A DNA stretch of 64,000 nucleotides, from contig CBDCUI010000008.1 in assembly GCA_965222615.1 (NCBI GenBank), positions 864,001-928,000 of the forward strand, read 5' to 3'. The notes under the pieces were generated by a model. The model was not told where the DNA came from and searched no databases. It saw only the letters and a list, made by a program, of their open reading frames with translations. This document shows positions 60,698-64,000 of this stretch, one piece after another. The DNA comes from Gammaproteobacteria bacterium. GTDB lineage: Bacteria > Pseudomonadota > Gammaproteobacteria > UBA4575. A program made the position numbers and the translations under genes. The number at the start of each line of letters is the position of its first letter. The stretch's first letter is position 1.

Positions 60698-62401
60698 ATG
60701 GCAAAAATTTCACGACAAGCTTATGCAGAAATGTATGGCCCAACAGTTGGAGACCGGTTACGACTTGCCGATACAGAACTTATTGTTGAAGTAGAAAAAG
60801 ACTTTGCCACTTATGGTGAGGAAGTAAAGTTTGGCGGCGGTAAAGTTATTCGTGATGGAATGGGACAAAGTCAGGTCACGTGTAAAGAAGCAGTAGATAC
60901 AGTTATTACCAATGCGCTCATTTTAGATTATTGGGGGATTGTAAAAGCTGATATCGGTATTAAGGAAGGACGCATAGCCGGTATAGGTAAAGCTGGAAAT
61001 CCTGATGTACAGCCAAATGTCGATATCGTAATAGGTCCTGGAACAGAAGCCATTGCAGGAGAAGGGCAAATTCTTACAGCTGGTGGAGTAGATGCACATA
61101 TTCATTTTATTTGTCCTCAACAAATAGAAGATGCACTTATGTCAGGAGTCACCACAATGTTGGGAGGTGGTACGGGTCCTGCTACCGGAACCAATGCTAC
61201 AACTTGCACTCCTGGTCCTTGGAATATTCACCGCATGTTAGAAGCTGCAGATAGTTTACCTGTGAATTTGGGCTTTCTTGGTAAAGGTAATGCGAGTTTA
61301 CCTGAGGCTTTAAACGAACAAATTGAAGCTGGTGCGATGGGGTTAAAGTTACATGAAGATTGGGGCACAACACCTGCAGCTATCGATAATTGTTTGCATG
61401 TTGCTGAGAAGTATGATGTACAAGTTGCAATTCATACCGATACATTAAATGAGTCTGGTTTCGTAGAAGATACGATTGCTGCATTCAAGGACCGTGCAAT
61501 ACATACATACCACACCGAAGGCGCTGGCGGTGGGCATGCACCGGATATTATTCGTGTTTGTGGATTGGCAAATGTTTTGCCATCCAGCACAAATCCTACA
61601 AGACCTTATACAGTGAATACCATTGACGAGCATCTTGATATGTTAATGGTATGTCACCATTTAGATCCTAATATTGCCGAAGACGTGGCTTTTGCAGAAT
61701 CACGAATACGCAAAGAAACGATTGCGGCAGAAGATATTTTGCATGACTTAGGGGCTTTCAGCATGATTGCTTCAGATTCTCAAGCGATGGGTCGAGTAGG
61801 TGAAGTTATTACACGTACTTGGCAAACTGCGGATAAAATGAAGCAGCAACGAGGTACTTTACAAGAAGACACTGAGCGTAATGATAATTTTAGAATAAAG
61901 CGTTATGTAGCAAAATACACTATTAATCCTGCTATAACACATGGCATTGCCCATGAGATAGGTTCTGTGGAAGTGGGTAAATTTGCTGATCTTGTTTTGT
62001 GGAAGCCGCCATTTTTTGGTGTGAAGCCCTCTCTCATTATAAAAGGCGGCTTTATCGTCGCTGCGCCAATGGGTGACCCTAATGCATCCATACCGACACC
62101 ACAACCGACACATTATCGCTATATGTTTGGCGCCCAAAGCAAAGCTAACGCATCAACTTCGATGACTTTTGTATCCAAAGCTGCATTCGAAAACGGTATT
62201 AAGAAAGCTTTGAATTTAAATAAACATATTGTGCCTGTTTCTAATACACGTAATATTCAAAAGAAAGATTTACATTTAAATACCTATCAGCCAAAAATTG
62301 ATGTCAACCCACAAACTTACGAAGTTCGTGCTGATGGTGAATTGCTTACTTGTGAGCCGGCAACGGTTGTTCCAATGGCACAGCGTTATTTCTTGTTCTG
62401 A
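60698..62401 (+). CDS. ureC: Urease alpha subunit
   Basis: DAHIHF; LKLHEDWG; [11 protein letters not shown]; MVCHHL; SDSQAMGR. Confidence 0.98.
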   Translation: MAKISRQAYAEMYGPTVGDRLRLADTELIVEVEKDFATYGEEVKFGGGKVIRDGMGQSQVTCKEAVDTVITNALILDYWGIVKADIGIKEGRIAGIGKAGNPDVQPNVDIVIGPGTEAIAGEGQILTAGGVDAHIHFICPQQIEDALMSGVTTMLGGGTGPATGTNATTCTPGPWNIHRMLEAADSLPVNLGFLGKGNASLPEALNEQIEAGAMGLKLHEDWGTTPAAIDNCLHVAEKYDVQVAIHTDTLNESGFVEDTIAAFKDRAIHTYHTEGAGGGHAPDIIRVCGLANVLPSSTNPTRPYTVNTIDEHLDMLMVCHHLDPNIAEDVAFAESRIRKETIAAEDILHDLGAFSMIASDSQAMGRVGEVITRTWQTADKMKQQRGTLQEDTERNDNFRIKRYVAKYTINPAITHGIAHEIGSVEVGKFADLVLWKPPFFGVKPSLIIKGGFIVAAPMGDPNASIPTPQPTHYRYMFGAQSKANASTSMTFVSKAAFENGIKKALNLNKHIVPVSNTRNIQKKDLHLNTYQPKIDVNPQTYEVRADGELLTCEPATVVPMAQRYFLF

Positions 62402-62844
62402 TGTTGATTTTTACTGAGCGTATACATCACACGCATGACTATAGCCAAACCTTGACTTTAGCATTTGAAATGCGACAAAAAGCGCGTTTTAAGACAAGGT
62501 TAGATAATGGTGAGGAAGCTGGATTAGTGTTACCGCGTGGGTTGGTTTTGCGTGGGGGGGATTGTTTACGCTCTGAGGAAGGAGTGATCGCCAAGGTTAT
62601 CTCGGCACCAGAAGAAGTATCAGTTATATATAGTGAAAATAAGCTTTTATTAGCCAAAGCGAGTTATCACTTGGGTAATCGACATATACCATTACAAATA
62701 GAAGAAGATTATTTGGTTTACCTAAAAGATCATGTATTGGATAACATGGTTAAAAGCTTAGGACTAGCTATTGAACATGAAATGCGTGCGTTTGAACCTG
62801 AATCGGGTGCGTATCACTCATACAGTCACTCTCACTCACACTAA
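62401..62844 (+). CDS. ureE: Urease Ni chaperone UreE
   Basis: YHLGNRH; DHVL; FEPESGAY plus short His tail. Confidence 0.95.
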   Translation: MLIFTERIHHTHDYSQTLTLAFEMRQKARFKTRLDNGEEAGLVLPRGLVLRGGDCLRSEEGVIAKVISAPEEVSVIYSENKLLLAKASYHLGNRHIPLQIEEDYLVYLKDHVLDNMVKSLGLAIEHEMRAFEPESGAYHSYSHSHSH

Positions 62845-62850
62845 AAAAGT

Positions 62851-63525
62851 ATGCAAGCAAATTCTTCGCTATTGAATTTAATGCGACTAACAAGTGCATC
62901 TTTGCCAATAGGTGCATTTGCTTATTCACAAGGTTTGGAATACGTCTGTGATAAAGAATATGTAAATGATGAGAAAAGCACACAAGAGTGGATTGTAGGG
63001 TTGCTTTGCAATACACAAACCTATCTAGATGTTCCGGTGTTAGTTCGGTTATATGATGCTTGGGGTTCAAATTCCATTGAGCAAGTGGAGTACTGGAGTA
63101 AATTTTTACTCGCATATCGTGAGTCCAAGGAGCTACGTGAAGAAGATTGTTATTTAGGTAAAGCATTATCTAAGTTATTGTTCGATTTAGAAGTGCCTGG
63201 AGCGAAACAAATTACTGAAATGCATTCAGTTACCTACGTGACCGCATTTTCATTAGCGGCCTATGCTTGGAAAATAGAAAAATCTGAGTGTTGTAGTGGC
63301 TATTTGTGGGCGTGGTGTGAGAATCAAGTAAATGCTGCGATCAAACTAATCCCTTTAGGGCAGACTGCTGGTCAAAGAATATTGTCTTCATTAGTGGATG
63401 CAATTCCATCTCAGGTAAAAATAGCTTTGCAGCTAGAGGATGACGAAATAGGAAGTACAGCAGTAGGCTTAGGAATTGCTAGTGCTAATCATGAGACGCA
63501 GTATTCACGTCTATTTAGATCTTAA
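62851..63525 (+). CDS. ureF: Urease accessory UreF
   Basis: LPIGAFAYSQGLE; PLGQTAGQ; HETQYSRLFRS. Confidence 0.95.
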   Translation: MQANSSLLNLMRLTSASLPIGAFAYSQGLEYVCDKEYVNDEKSTQEWIVGLLCNTQTYLDVPVLVRLYDAWGSNSIEQVEYWSKFLLAYRESKELREEDCYLGKALSKLLFDLEVPGAKQITEMHSVTYVTAFSLAAYAWKIEKSECCSGYLWAWCENQVNAAIKLIPLGQTAGQRILSSLVDAIPSQVKIALQLEDDEIGSTAVGLGIASANHETQYSRLFRS

Positions 63526-63540
63526 TAAAATTTTAACTAT

Positions 63541-64000
63541 ATGAATAAACAGGTTTTGAGAGTCGGAGTAGGGGGGCCAGTAGGTTCAGGTAAAACGGCG
63601 CTGTTGAATGCATTGTGTATAAAAATGCGTGATCAATATGAAATTGGTGTGGTAACTAACGACATTTATACAAGGGAAGATGCAGAATTTTTAATTAAAC
63701 ATAAAGCATTGGATCAAGAACGCATCAAAGGCGTCGAAACTGGTGGCTGTCCACACACTGCTATACGAGAAGATGCATCGATTAACTTAGTGGCGGTACA
63801 AGAATTATGCAATGAATTCCCTAAATTAGATTTGGTTTTGGTAGAGAGCGGTGGCGATAATCTTAGTGCAACTTTCAGTCCGGAGCTTTCAGATCTTACT
63901 ATTTATGTTATTGATGTAGCTGCAGGAGATAAAATTCCACGTAAAGGCGGGCCAGGTATTACCAAGTCAGATCTGTTGGTGATCAATAAAACTGACTTAG
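63541..64000 (+). CDS. ureG: Urease GTPase UreG (partial, runs off window)
   Basis: Hand translation [22 protein letters not shown]...[12 protein letters not shown]...ESGGDN...NKTD. Confidence 0.95.
   Translation, partial: MNKQVLRVGVGGPVGSGKTALLNALCIKMRDQYEIGVVTNDIYTREDAEFLIKHKALDQERIKGVETGGCPHTAIREDASINLVAVQELCNEFPKLDLVLVESGGDNLSATFSPELSDLTIYVIDVAAGDKIPRKGGPGITKSDLLVINKTDL

Noticed and set aside
68-63166. Many antisense or alternate-frame ORFs in the track (e.g. 95-604, 753-1178, 14010-14423, 62768-63166)
   Set aside because: They overlap well-supported genes, show no recognisable motifs and read as shadow frames
1-64000. CRISPR arrays, IS or phage genes, tRNA or rRNA
   Set aside because: No spaced direct repeats, transposase/integrase motifs or RNA gene signatures seen; higher GC in flgE-fliD fits amino-acid composition rather than transfer

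Overview
AT-rich gammaproteobacterial DNA, probably marine. 1-45.7 kb is a near-complete polar flagellar locus: PomA/PomB-type stator plus a PilZ gene, flgNMA, flgB-L, one fliC, flaG-fliDST, fleQ-fleSR, fliE-K, fliL-R, flhBAFG, fliA and a DUF2802 gene. Sigma54 and sigma28 promoters and FleQ/FleR-type activator boxes are readable. No che genes occur at the two places where polar systems usually carry them. Accessory genes are present instead, three behind TAAAG-type sigma28 promoters like those of fliC and flgM: an FMN/Fe-S glutamate-synthase-family enzyme (followed by a diguanylate cyclase), an unannotated 57-aa Zn-finger ORF and a voltage-gated K+ channel. A degenerate GGDEF protein and an HDOD-GGDEF/HDOD paralogue pair are also present. 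FliM has an extra N-terminal Arg-rich motif (KERRSADRPW) that recurs in the flavoenzyme tail (KERRNWETRPW). FleQ lacks its N-terminal domain. The extracellular axial proteins contain almost no Met, Cys or Lys. 50-53 kb holds two secreted Sel1-repeat proteins (one apparently frameshifted) and a Dabb protein. 53-64 kb is a urea ABC transporter (urtABCDE, with sigma54 and NtrC-type sites) and urease genes ureDABCEF, with ureG cut by the window edge. All calls come from motif recognition by eye; no searches were run.
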